Shown piece after piece: positions 51,420 through 64,000 of a stretch of 64,000 nt of DNA. Location: NCBI RefSeq assembly GCF_963853765.1, contig NC_088861.1, positions 35,526,001 through 35,590,000 of the forward strand. Reading direction: 5' to 3'. A program made the position numbers and the translations under genes. The notes beneath the pieces are model-generated. The model saw only the letters and a program-made list of their open reading frames with translations, did not search any database and was not told the origin of the DNA. The DNA comes from Magallana gigas (Eukaryota). Position 1 is the stretch's first letter, and each line of letters opens with the position of its first letter.

Positions 51420-53096
51420 CATGTAGCTCAAGCATTGCGGGAAAAATAAACATAGCCCGCTCATGGGTGCCGGAGAACCCCCCCCCCCCTCCTCACTGAT
51501 GTTGAGGAGGGGTAAAAGGTTTGGAGATATATCTTTCTTTTGTTAATATTTGTAATAAATAAAATTTTTATATACAGAAATTTAAAATACTGATGATTTT
51601 AAACATAAGTGCACTCGAAGAGGGCCGTACCTCGGAACGGAAATTGAAAATAACTGTAAACCACAAATTAAACTACGTATATTCAAATGGGGAAGTGATA
51701 GGATAATATCATTTCCGCACTAAATTTCAGGGTTTTCTTTTTCAATGAAAAACAATATTTTTATCGAGGATGGAAAAATCACTTGTTTCCATAAGAGTTG
51801 TCTTTCGTACTTCATATCTATCAACATTCTATTGATCTAAACAAATATTGTTTAAAGGTGCAAACTATATAAAACTTAGGAAAGCTAAAGCAAGTAATGA
51901 CAATTAAAAATTATAAGATCAATGTAATGTACTTAACTTTTACATGAAAAAAAATAGCTATGTGTATACATGATCGAATGTGTGCCGTTTATACATAGCT
52001 ATCAAAATACAGAGAACTAAGTTTTGTAGCCGATTCTTTCCTTAGTTCCACCAAAAACAACCAAATATCGTCGATCAAAACCCGTGTTAATATGATCTGC
52101 ATTTGATTCAATGAATTGAGTTTTAGTATGTTTACTTTTTAAGTACATGTGAACTTGTTAGGGTATTTTTGGTACAACTTTGCTGTTTGTGTGTTGCTTA
52201 CGCATACATGTACCGGTAATCTAGTTTCCCCATAGTACTTATCAGTAATTAAATCCCTCTCCAACCTGTCCCATAGAGATTGTGAGTCACTGGGTGAGGG
52301 AGGGGGAAGAGGGTAATTTATACACTGGCGCGACGCCAATCCAATTCCCACGTAAAGGGGGCTAAAAATAGAAATTAAATTCATTGGATGAAATTACGAA
52401 CCAGTGACGTAGAACTAAGGATTTCTAAGGTAAGTAAATATAGTAGCCTTTGACGTCATCTTGCTTAATACTCGTGGGTTGAATCACTGTTCCACGTCAC
52501 ATGTTTACAGTATTATAGTTTCAACACACCAAAAAATTTATCAAACCCCCGCATGAATAAATATCTTTTTTTTCTTCGTTCCTTAGTACTTAATAGATTC
52601 TAACTAATCATATGATCGAATGCTATGCAAATCGGAAAAAATTCTATAGGCTAAAATCCAAAACATAAATGCATAAATCAACTTTCGCTTGTACTTACCA
52701 ATTTTTTTTCAATCGGCTTCAACCATGTCTAAGTAATTTGAGAACATACAATATGGACAATTATGACAAAATTGTATGTTAAAAAAAATTAATTAATTTG
52801 TATTTTACATGTTATTCGTACCACAATTTTTTTGTTCATATGAATAAATTCATTACTTCAGTAAACACACACGTGAAAAAAAAAATAATAATACGTGTAT
52901 AATACCCCGGTATGAACCGCTGTTGATCCTGGTCTATTAATTATTATTATTATATCCCCATTCCCGCTTAACGTACATATAACTCGCGAATGTATTTACA
53001 TATGCATGTAATTACATATGCACGTTTCAAATAAAAATGATGCAATTCTATAATTTACGCAACGTTTCTCTATCAAAATCATATACATATGCTGGA

Positions 53097-53222
53097 TTAT
53101 TCCGAATTATCTGACGTTCCCCTGGCCTTTTCAACGATTTCGATATTTCCCTGACAAGTAAAACATATCGAAATCATCAAAAAAACGCCGGGAAATGTCA
53201 GATAATTCGGACTAATATTGTA
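53097..53222. mobile_element. Palindromic MITE-like element
   Basis: ATTATTCCGAATTATCTGACGTTCCC..GATTTCGATAT versus ATATCGAAATC..GGGAAATGTCAGATAATTCGGACTAAT. Confidence 0.65.
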
Positions 53223-56173
53223 TATTTAGAAATGATATACATCTATATACATATCATCACATATACAGTTATCCGGCAGTGTTAAAAAAAAATTAAAATA
53301 AAGAAAATGAAAAAAGAGTGTACCTGCCTCTGAAGTCACCTGTCACCATAAATCGGGCACCGTTCTTGTCTTGTATCGAATACATGTACAACTACTGTAC
53401 ACCAGATCGGCCTTCACACATACTAGTTTTATGATCTATACAGGTATGCAATGAAAACATCACTGGTGAGTAAGATGGGTCGGTGATAGCGTCATGCATG
53501 TGATTAACCTAGGGTTTTTCTTTTATTTGGCGGTGAACTGTAAAAAATATAAAATTGAATTGATTGAATTGATAGATTAAGACACTGTACTCTTCTTTAA
53601 TTGTATTTTTATTTGATAATCCGTTTTTCGATACCGAAATATCGAAAACCGGGGAGCGGATATAGAAGTTATACTTTTTAATTACGTTTTAAACATTTTC
53701 CGTGTGTGTGTGTGTGGGGGGGGGGGGAGTATTTTACAAATTGCAGGATTGATTCTATAATTTAAGTTTCAAAAGTCACGGTAAGAACGATAAAAATACA
53801 TAAAATAAAGCGCAACATCTCAAATCATATACAGATATTGCGCAATTCGATGTAATGCGGGGGAGTTCAATTACCTTTACTTTGTTGTCATCTACAGTTT
53901 TTTATGTTTTGTGTTTTATTTTGGAAAAATACAAAAAAAAAATTGCTTTTTTGTATAATCACTATGGGAGTGGCAATGGTTTCGTGTTTTCCTGCTTAGG
54001 AAACTGTTCTATAGGGAGACTCCAAAATAAACATTTAAATTTAAAAGGGTGTTTTCCCTCCCGACAAGTACGTCACAACATTGCTATTGATAATAACAAC
54101 CCATTCATAAAATTCACGATATCATTCATCAAAATACATCAAGCCATATTTTCGTATTGCATGCAAGTTCTATAGCAACGCGATTGAAATTAAAGCCATG
54201 ATTCGCAGAGTCGCATATATTCATGACCGTCATACACGTGCTTTTGAAAATAGCATATGTTAGTAACGATCGTATGACTTTCGAATAATTGGCCTAAATT
54301 TGTAAATAGCTGAGTCAGGCAATATTGGCAAGCGTCAAACGATGCAATTCCTCAAAATAATTGCACAATTCAACTCTTTTGAAAGGAACACGTGGAGAAT
54401 AAATGACAATCACCCACGTGTCCTATCTTACGCAATAAGCTCGGTACTTAAATAAAAATCAGAATTTAGAATATTTCTTCAATAAAAGTACAATATCTAA
54501 AATGTTTTAATTTCAACATATCTTTAAATAAATATGAATGATACGTTATTTCCAAAACTAAAGCGATACACATATTTGACTTTAAAAAAATTAAGTTGAA
54601 CAGTAGAACCTTTGGATACCAAATATATCAAAACAAAACACATTTTAAATCAACAAAAATACAAGGAAAATGGTACATGTAATTAATACTGTATAGAAAA
54701 AAACCCAATATTTGTAACTTCAAAATTAAAGTAAAAATAAAACATCCATCAATTGGAGTAATTCTTTTTTTTTATTTTTCAAAAATGATCAATCATGATA
54801 AACAACCATGATGATGACATATATACATTTTTAACACAATTATATTTCTTATACATAACTCAAATAAATAAAATGAATTTATTTGATATGGGAAAAAATT
54901 CTATTGAACATATGAAAATTAGCCTATGTAAAACCTGATAATATAAAAAAAAGTATATGTATGTATGACATTTAGAGATGAGGGTCAATAAGAGTTAGAA
55001 ATATTGCATATTTAGTACAGGTCAATAAATCCTTATATAAAAATGACAGTGAGGATGAACAATGTTCATGCAGTAAAATTAATGTAAAAATAAAACTCTA
55101 TCTCATAAATAAAACAATTACATTATATTTGAAAAATATAACACTAATGAAAAGTAAATAAAATCTAATGCAATATATAAAAATAACAAGTTTAACAAAT
55201 ATATAAAATATACAAGTATAACTGATTTTTGAAAACCATAATATATTTCATTGTAGCTATAACTGTTGCATACATGATAACTGTTCACACAAATGCCCTA
55301 TGATTCATATCACAGATAATAACAAATAATAAATATAACAAAATCTAACAAATAAAACAGAACCTAAAACAATAACAAAATATGATTTTATTCTGAAAGA
55401 CTTACTAAGATTTTTTTTTTAACAAAACACTTAACAATGAGCTGTAAGCACCAGTTCCTTAACTCATCAAAAATAAAATACAATTGATACAACCTTGAAT
55501 GGCTTTTGTGAACAGCATATGCATGCATATATATGTTATCATTGGGCATGAGTTTTTCATGTCAACATTATTAGTTGTATTCATTTGACATTTCTAAAAA
55601 ATCCAGTGCAGCATGAACACTAACAAATCACAGAATAGTTACAGATTCCTGTCTGAAATTCTTTGTCGATAGTTAGAGTAAAATATCCATCTGCTGAATC
55701 AGTTCGGACTTAATGAGGCCCGGACTATTTCTTATATAAGTCTCTATCACTAGAAAGCTCACACACAGCTAGCCATCAGAAGGTACTGCCTGATACCATG
55801 GATCCCGTCTCGCACAAGTTCCAGATGAAATTGATGAGTCGCATCCGGATTCAGGTGGTAAATTGCTCAATCCATTGATATGGTTGATTATCCATCTAAA
55901 ATGTTACGATGCCAACTCAGACACCATCTCACAAAAAAAAATGAGCGATAACACCGAATATTGAATCAAAATTGATTCCACGCACACGGTCATTTTTTTT
56001 TTCGCAAATATCTGTATCTTTGGATGTTTTTTTTGAACGAATATTCCCTATTAGGTTAACCAATCATAACCCTTGATATTTTTCATAACCCTCTTATTTC
56101 ATGATCATATTTTATAATTTTACATCAACCAAAAAAAGGAAAAGGGTTAAAGTGTTACCTTGACCTATTCCTT

Positions 56174-59100
56174 TCACGCAAGCCAAGTACGGACTGTGCC
56201 CTTCACAAACTGCCGACATATTGGACACTTCCTCATGGCGGGGGCACAGTCTGCACAACAACAAAGATGTCCGCACGGCAACATGGCGATGGAAGCGTCC
56301 TTCTCCATACAGATCTTACACATCCTTAGGTCCCTCAGTTTTCTGTTCTCCTCCATTAGTGAACGAGTATCTATAAAATACAAAATAAGGGTGTATGAAT
56401 ATTTGCTTTTTATGTCAGAACATAAAATGTAAGTGAAAAAAAATGCTTTTGAAACAATTTACACATTTTTTTTTCAAATTATCAACAAAAACCATATATG
56501 TTTATTGTATGCATAGAACTTTACATTATAAGGCACCGGTTATGTAAAATACATACCTTCAAGAGACATTGCAGGTGCCAGTGCATCATTCAGAGAGTCA
56601 AACTTTTCTTCTGTGTTTGATGTAGCAGCATCTAAAATACAAAAATTACAACATTTTAGGACTTTTTAAAAAAAAATCAAATGATTCAATTCAGTTTTTA
56701 AAACTTAATATCAAAACAAATAATAGAATATACCTTTGTCCTGATTTTTTTGTGTTTTCTCCTTGGCCTCAGATTCTGAAGTTTCCTGTGGGGAGGGCCC
56801 ACTTGCTGCCTCAAATTGACCTCCCTGAGATTTGTCAGGTGTATTGTGATCAACATTTGGATTTCTAGATTGATTTTCATTGGTTGGTCGCGAGCTGTAA
56901 ATTTGAGGGGGGATGTCCAGTCCATTATTTCTATCTTCTTTACTCAAAATGACCTCCATAAGATCCATCCCAGTGATGTCTTCTGGATCTAAAAGAAACC
57001 AGTAAATGTTAACATCATGGTACATTTGTGTNNNNNNNNNNNNNNNNNNNNNNNNNNNNNNNNNNNNNNNNNNNNNNNNNNNNNNNNNNNNNNNNNNNNN
57101 NNNNNNNNNNNNNNNNNNNNNNNNNNNNNNNNNNNNNNNNNNNNNNNNNNNNNNNNNNNNNNNNNNNNCTCTCTCTCACTTCTTTATCCTTTTTTAGTTT
57201 TTCCATCAAGTTATCATAACGATTTACAGCTTTTAATATTTTGATTAATCTAAGAGTAAGTGGTCCTCTTATTAATTACCTTTTGTCCCTCTCAACTGGT
57301 TAAATGCTTCTCTAATTTCACCTTCAGAGTAACCCATTTCCAGGACACTTTGAAAAGATGGAAATGATGTGATATCAGATTGTCTAGATCCACTAGATAA
57401 TACTCCGTTCTGCTCGACTGAACTGCTCTGCTCAACAGATGATGCAGCAGTGGCTCCCTCTCCCATTGCCTCTAGAGCTTCCTGTAAAAAACAATATAAA
57501 AATAGCCATCAATACACAATAATCTTAGTGCATCACTTAAAATAAAAGGTTTAACTCCTTGTAAAATTTCTAAGAATAAAAAAATCAACAAATAAATCAT
57601 CAAGAACAATACGATTTTCAAGGTCTTTAATTTTGAAATTAAAAATATAAAGAAAAAAAATAAACTTACAAGCTCTTGGTGCCTAATTTGTACCAATGCA
57701 ACAAACTCGTCTCCTCTGTTTTGTCTTACAAAGGCGCATTTTGGAAACCATCGGGCATGTTCTGTCCAAGGATCATCTCCTGGCTCCCAATTACGTAATC
57801 CTCCCCCGCAGAAGAAACAGCGCGTGTAATCCCCGTAACCTGCATAGAAAAATCCTGCCAGGGCCAAAACTTGCGGTGTTTGTGTCAAGCTAGTGGGCCA
57901 ATCTTGAAATGAGCTGACCCTTGTTGCCAAAACAGCGTAAGCAGGATATTTCGCACGGTCAAAATTGATTCCTAGGGGATCTAAATTTCTTAAAAATGCA
58001 TTGATCTGTTCTTGAATGGCTCTTGACTTTTTGTGATTTGGGTTTGACTGACTCTCAGTACTTTGATTATTCTGTGAGGACAATGTTTCACTCCTCTCTG
58101 TGTTTCTATTGGATGCTGGGACTAAGTGGTCACGGTCAAGTGTTGGTGACCCAGATACATTTCCAGAGCCTTGTTCAACAGTTGATTCTGCTCCAGTTTC
58201 TTCTGATTGTCTTCCAATTTCTGTAGTTTGTGGATCAGATAGATTTTGTGGTATGGTCCTTTGTGAAGGTTCATTAACTTGCTCTGAGTTTGAATGCTGA
58301 TTGTTTCTTTCAGTTTCCGAGGTTTCACTGACTTGTTCTGTGTTTGAATGTTGGGGGTTTCCACTATGACTGTTTAGACTCCCTCCTACTGGGACATTCA
58401 CACTATGCTCATTCAGTAAGGGACATTGTGGAGACATTTGCTGGTGAATTTCTCTGGGTATGTCTCCATCTCTCCATCCCCTTTTCTGTGATTTACATGC
58501 AAAGCAAATGACTAGATCATCCTCTCCCTGGCCTATATAATAGAACCCCTCTTTGGCAAGCTTGATTGCCGAAACAGACCTTGAGGGAGGGAAATTTTTG
58601 AATGTCTCCAGACGAACCAGTTCTACATTCATGGAGTGGGGCCCTTTGGACAATGATAATGATTCATTTGGCCTTGACCTAGAAGCTTCCTCGGATGGAT
58701 GATTGGTTGATTGCAGAGTACCGCTGGACAATTCTTTTGCTACAAAATCGTCAAGATTTCTGGAGGTTGCTATGAGTGGATGCAGTGCAACATTTGTTTT
58801 CTCATTTTCACGAATAAAATAATCCCTGTACATAAAACTGTCCAGTAACATTTCACTTTTTGCAACCTTTGTTCTACCTTTTTCCAAGGTTCTTTCCGAC
58901 ATGTCATTTTTCACAAAAGCTCTTAATAAGCCACAAAAATCTGTTGTTGATTTTCTCCTCTTGATTTCCACTTTGTTTGGACCTTTTGATAACTTAGCTT
59001 GGCTCAAAACTGTCATTATTTGTAAGAAATATAAAACAATATTTGCACTCATTTCTTGTGAAAATTTGATGAATTCTTTCTCCATAGCCTGGGTTTTTCG

Positions 59101-59454
59101 AGGTTTACTATGGTGACATGATACTCCATTTATAATAGTTCTTCTGCTTACATTTTTCTTTCCTCTTTTCAATGTGGTATGTTTTCGTCCTGTACGAGAT
59201 GTTTTATAACTTTTACTTTGTGAACAAATTTTTCGAACCTCCTTCACATCATTTGATATCTGTGCAAGTTGTTTGACTATGCTTTGCAGATATTCCATCA
59301 TCATGATCATGTTGATTTTTTCTGGCACGATTCCCATCTTTGAGATATCGGATCCATGATTTTCAAACAACTGACGAAATGCCCTTTGTTTTTCTTTTTC
59401 AGCTTCAGGCCAGCTGAGGCTTCTTTCCAGACCAGATTTGTTCACTGTATTCAT
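56174..59454 (-). CDS. Inhibitor of apoptosis (BIRC/IAP): N-terminal extension, 2 BIR domains, UBA-like region, RING; about 837 aa
   Basis: Exons 59454-57670, 57481-57280, 56988-56734, 56631-56557, 56370-56174 (2514 nt, phase-consistent). BIR1 RLETF..CFAC..H..C; BIR2 RVSSF..AGFFY..CFFCGGGLRNWEPGDDPWTEHARWFPKC; SVLEMGY (UBA-like); RING CKIC..PCGHLCCC..C..CPICR. A gap lies in intron 2. Confidence 0.92.
57032..57168. other. Assembly gap (137 N) in an IAP intron
   Basis: N run. Confidence 1.
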
Positions 59455-59639
59455 TGTATTCTATAAATTTAAGAATTAAATTTATTATTATTCATAGTAC
59501 TTAATTGTCTCCCCTTAACAATGATATGTGACACCTGTCAATATTAAAGTACATCATAATCAAAATACTGTCACCAGTTTATAAATAAATGTACATTTGA
59601 CAATTATTTTTTTTAATTTTTGGAAAATTGAACATCATA

Positions 59640-59720
59640 GAAAAGCCGGGATTCAAACTCATGACTTTCAGATTTGTTTTTTAACTCTCTATAACATATA
59701 CACTACATACACACTGTTAG
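59640..59720 (-). repeat. Degenerate tRNA-like (SINE-type) repeat fragment
   Basis: Minus strand AGTTTGAATCCCGGC resembles a tRNA T-arm/B-box; no cloverleaf. Confidence 0.3.
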
Positions 59721-60167
59721 GCCACAACTTATATTTTTTAAAGAAATGTATAAAATCATACTTGGTTTTATTGTTTATTTCGATAGGAAGTACATGTACG
59801 TCATAATATGAAGGTGTCACATACCACCTTAAAGTTATACTATCCACTTAACAAATTAACTTGGGATTGAAACATAAGTTCGTTCTCCTTTTTACAGGTC
59901 ACATGCCCATTGGGCTTGTCATGATACTTGTATCTCCTTACTTTTTGACCACTCTAAACAGTACGCATATATAAGTTTATATTAATGATTATTATATACA
60001 CTATAAAAATTAAATACATGTAGTTGTCAAAGAGTAAGATGATCGAAATAAGCCGTGCTCATTTTATCTAGCAAATAAAATGCACTAATACATGAATATA
60101 TATATTGTTAAATTATTTCATACATTACCTCAACTGAACTGGCGACTGATGTCGTGTAAACTACATG

Positions 60168-60205
<38 letters not shown>

Positions 60206-60265
60206 CATAACATATCTGGAATATACCGGAAGAAACTAGAATATTATAATAGAAAATAGTACGTT

Positions 60266-60427
60266 NNNNNNNNNNNNNNNNNNNNNNNNNNNNNNNNNNN
60301 NNNNNNNNNNNNNNNNNNNNNNNNNNNNNNNNNNNNNNNNNNNNNNNNNNNNNNNNNNNNNNNNNNNNNNNNNNNNNNNNNNNNNNNNNNNNNNNNNNNN
60401 NNNNNNNNNNNNNNNNNNNNNNNNNNN
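60266..60427. other. Assembly gap (162 N) with near-identical sequence on both sides
   Basis: GAAACTAGAATAT..ATAGAAAATAG..TACGTT flanks both ends. Confidence 0.95.
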
Positions 60428-60519
60428 AAGAAACTAGAATATGATCATAGAAAATAGAGTACGTTGGGGAAAAATAGCAGCACGTGGTCCATCCGAATTG
60501 TTTTAGGTTCGGTTGTACG

Positions 60520-60607
60520 TAATCCGAGATTCCTCTTATTCTAACCCCCACTTGTGACATGCGGGGGATCATCGAGCGGTGGTTAGAATCAGAGGAATCT
60601 CGGATTA
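60520..60607. mobile_element. 88-bp MITE-like inverted repeat
   Basis: TAATCCGAGATTCCTCTTATTCTAACC versus GGTTAGAATCAGAGGAATCTCGGATTA. Confidence 0.7.
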
Positions 60608-60661
60608 GGTGCTACATGTACAGACCTACAGAACAAACACAAATCGACGGCGGGAGTCTGC

Positions 60662-60663
<2 letters not shown>

Positions 60664-60706
<43 letters not shown>
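60664..60706. repeat. (GA)n microsatellite
   Basis: Direct reading; it gives the ERERER ORF. Confidence 0.95.
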
Positions 60707-60708
<2 letters not shown>

Positions 60709-63305
60709 AACCAAATGTGGTCTTCTTTAAATTTGTATAAGTACTGGGACACGGTAACAAATTTCCTTTCAAAATTTATATTTTTCAATTTAGTATTTTA
60801 TAAGAATCTCAATTTTTTCGTACAAGTATATGTAAACAATACTCGTATCATGTTTCGTTTACATCTATAGGATAAATACAGAAATGTTCAATTCATTTTC
60901 ATAAAAAAAACTTGCAAATAGCAAGATCTAAATGAAATCGTACGTATTTATAAAAGCCTTTGCCAGTACATGCGGATAGGTATGCATGCAACCTAATATT
61001 GTAATTTAAATAAAAACATGGCACAAGCTACATGTAATTAATTCAATGACCCTCATAAGTTAACTTTTCAGATAATTATGTCAGGGCAAATAAACAAGCC
61101 ATAGGCTATTATAGTACATTATTTTCTTTATATATATAATATATATAATATCTCGTATTTACTACCTGACTATGGACAACAACCGTGAGTCACGAGCAGT
61201 TTGTGTTTCCTCTTCAACAGCATTTCCATATATATACATGTACATGTAAAAGGACATCGGATTAGTCAACTCAATACCCATTTGACATATACATTTATCA
61301 ATGGATTGTCATTCATTGGTTGACTGGGAAAATATTTAAAATACCCACGTGTTTCTGCGGTAAATTATACCCAACAGTACGCTTTTATTTACTACCACAT
61401 GCAATACTGGAATTTAAAGCTACTGTATTGGGTACCTTTATCGCAGAAATGGGGGGGGGGGGGTGAAGAACCGATTGGTCTATCTAACTATTTATACCAA
61501 CTGTACATAACAATTAACTGTGTAAGGGGAAATTAAGACACCGTGCAGAGCATTATTATTACCTTATGGCTTTGCTGACCCGACAAAAATAATTCCACAG
61601 CTGCACAAATGAAAATATTGATGAATTTGACCATGTTGAGCCGATAATATATATTCCTCCTAAGACCTTTGAAATTTTGAAAACCCCATTTTCTCACAAA
61701 ATTGTTAATAGACGTAGATCTATATATTTCAGTTTCGGTTTTAACGTGTTTATATGTAAACAGTTAAAAATAGAACAAGGGAATATACCAATATATAAAC
61801 ATACCTTCAATAGCGTATTTCCTAAATAAGAAGCCAGTCGTTATATATCAAGTGTGAATATATGAACTTATCAAACGATTTTGTAATAGTGATTATTGTA
61901 AATAAAAAATCTTTAATATACGGTATCCATCGGACCTCCTCGCGTGCCTTCCAGCTTGATTGCTGAACGTGCGAGAGGAGTTACGGTTGGTTTTTTGTTT
62001 ACAAACAAAAGTATTCGGTCTCATCGTCACGTGCTTTTAATGACTCATATATACGATGTTAGCTAGCTACACGTATATTGTACGATACGATAAAAAATAC
62101 CTGACTTGAAAGGAGTGTTAAACACACAGAAGACCAACATGTTTTTGGTTCTATGTATTTTGGAATGTATATATTATATGTTTTTAACGAAAGTCGACCC
62201 CCCCTCCCCCCCCCCCCCCCCCCCCCCCCCCGAACCAATAAAACATGCACTTCGTGTTTTATGAAAAGACAACGTCTATGTCTAGAACATATACTCACAG
62301 GTTACAGATGGTACGCCTAATGTATAGTCGTCAAAAGTCTTTTTAAGAGTCCAATTCACAGATGTGTAAACCATGTTTTTATAGCTGTCGATTAGATTTA
62401 TCCAAAAGCATGCAGTTAGGACCTGATACAATCTAATAATTAAAATATAAGACCTTTCATCTCGCTGTGTGTTACGTATGGTTATCACTCGTGAAAGGAT
62501 CTCCTCTCACGAGCGAATACCAAACACCACAAAGCAAGATGAAAGGTCTAATTTTAACTAGATTGGACCTGCTAGATCATTCACCATCATGAGGTACTGT
62601 AGCTTCAGATGACCCCGTGAGAGACGGATAGAGATGAGTAACTTTTAGTACGTAGCACCTAGAGATATATGAAGTTATCTAAATATGAGATTGATAAAAT
62701 TAAAGAGCAATTAAGACACATGTTATAATTACCATATGAGACTAAAATGAAATTTTTAGAAGTACTGTGATATAGGAGTTGTAAAAATATTCTCACAATC
62801 ACAAAATTAACTTTAATATTTTCAAATGAATAAAGAGTTGGCATACGATAGATAAATGTAAGCTGTGGTTTTGTAAGTTTTTAATGAAAGTAACCAGCAA
62901 TTTAAAAAAATTACGAGGTTGATACCAGTTTCTAAAAGTATGATAAATTTGTTTTGCATTCAGTAACTCGTACGTAGTGCTTTCAGTGTTTTTACTTTTC
63001 TAAAAATTCATAAATGTCGCGTAGAATATGAGAATTATTGATTAATATGCTGATAAAGGCAAGTAAATCCTAGTTGCATGTATTTTACATGTACATCAAC
63101 AGACATGCCGTATAGTTGTAATGTACTTACGCTAAAGTTTCCTTTAAGGTTTACAAAGCTGATTTTCTACACGTATTTTACATGTATATACGTAATGTAT
63201 TTAAGCTTATTGAATTGTAAAACAATTAATAATTTGAATGTTTCAGCACACTTTGATAAATTTGTTTCATTAACGGAAGACTGTTATTCACGATTCGGAA
63301 CCTAA

Positions 63306-63659
63306 CAGAGGCGTCGGAACAGAGGGAGGGGGGGGGGGGGGGCTAGTTTTGCAAAGGTAGATGAACCATTAGGCACATAGCAGCAGAGAGGGGCCAGCCC
63401 CCCCCCCCCCCCCCCGCACACACACATTTTTTTGCAGCAACATAATTGTTCCTAATCTACCTTGAAAAATAAGAAGTGGTATTTCAAAAGTATACTAGCC
63501 CCCCCCCCCCCCACCCCCCTCCCCCACGGATTAGGATGTTCCTGATATTGGGGATTAGTTTTCTTTTTTTTTATCTTGTCAAGATTTCTGATGATTAGTC
63601 TAGCCCCTACCCCCCCCCCCCCTTCCTCTTCCCCTTTCAATTTCCTTCCGACGACAGTG
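63306..63659. mobile_element. hAT-like MITE with G/C homopolymer tracts
   Basis: Imperfect TIR CAGAGGCGTCGGAA / TTCCGACGACAGTG; internal G and C runs. Confidence 0.55.
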
Positions 63660-64000
63660 CCTAATATAATATCGCAAGAAGTGTCGGAAATTTCACAATT
63701 CACGAATCGGAACCTAATATCGCAAGAACTCTCGGAAATTACAAATACATATTTACGCCTCTTGTATTTCTCAATGCTGATTTTGCTGATTCGTGTACTG
63801 AGGATTTTAGAATCTATTTTTAGAGAAGGAATTTCCCTTCATAAATGAGAATCGAAATCCATTAATGTTGTACATATACTTATTTCTTCATATTGAAAAA
63901 TTCATAAAGAAAAAAAATCTGTCCTCTGAATGTCAATCCATTTACTGACTTTCATGTTGCCTGCCAGTTTATATATTGCCAATCCATTAGATCTATAGTC

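Noticed and set aside
59640-59720. tRNA gene
   Set aside because: Only a degenerate T-arm-like motif, no cloverleaf; no intact tRNA, rRNA or snRNA gene was recognised in the window.
63828-63837. Perfect NF-kB-type site (GGGAAATTCC on the minus strand) upstream of the IAP
   Set aside because: A single 10-mer more than 4 kb from the ATG with the TSS unknown; chance cannot be excluded.

Overview
Eukaryotic, AT-rich genomic DNA with GT-AG introns and three N gaps. It is most likely from an oyster-like bivalve; this is inferred from the MDP-type B-box/beta-propeller gene, the IAP architecture and the repeat content. Six host genes were reconstructed exon by exon: CTU1 (+, 14 coding exons), APEX1 (-, 10 coding exons, convergent with CTU1), an ankyrin/SOCS-box gene (+), a small secreted two-ShKT-domain gene (+), a RING-less B-box/coiled-coil/NHL-like TRIM-type gene (-) and a BIR-BIR-UBA-RING IAP (-). 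Between them are LINE fragments, a BEL/Pao remnant, a hAT transposase remnant, a spliced Sola-like transposase 3' part, many MITE/hairpin elements and several minisatellites. The most unusual observations are: (1) three intronic tandem repeats seeded from the last codons plus 5' splice site of the preceding exon, in two different housekeeping genes; (2) a young L1/Tx1 insertion flanked by a ~515-bp direct duplication in the position of a target-site duplication; (3) several sequence-unrelated non-autonomous elements sharing a CTGATTGG head and a long terminal hairpin capped by GCTTCGC-like loops. All assignments come from reading and translating the sequence; no database searches were run.
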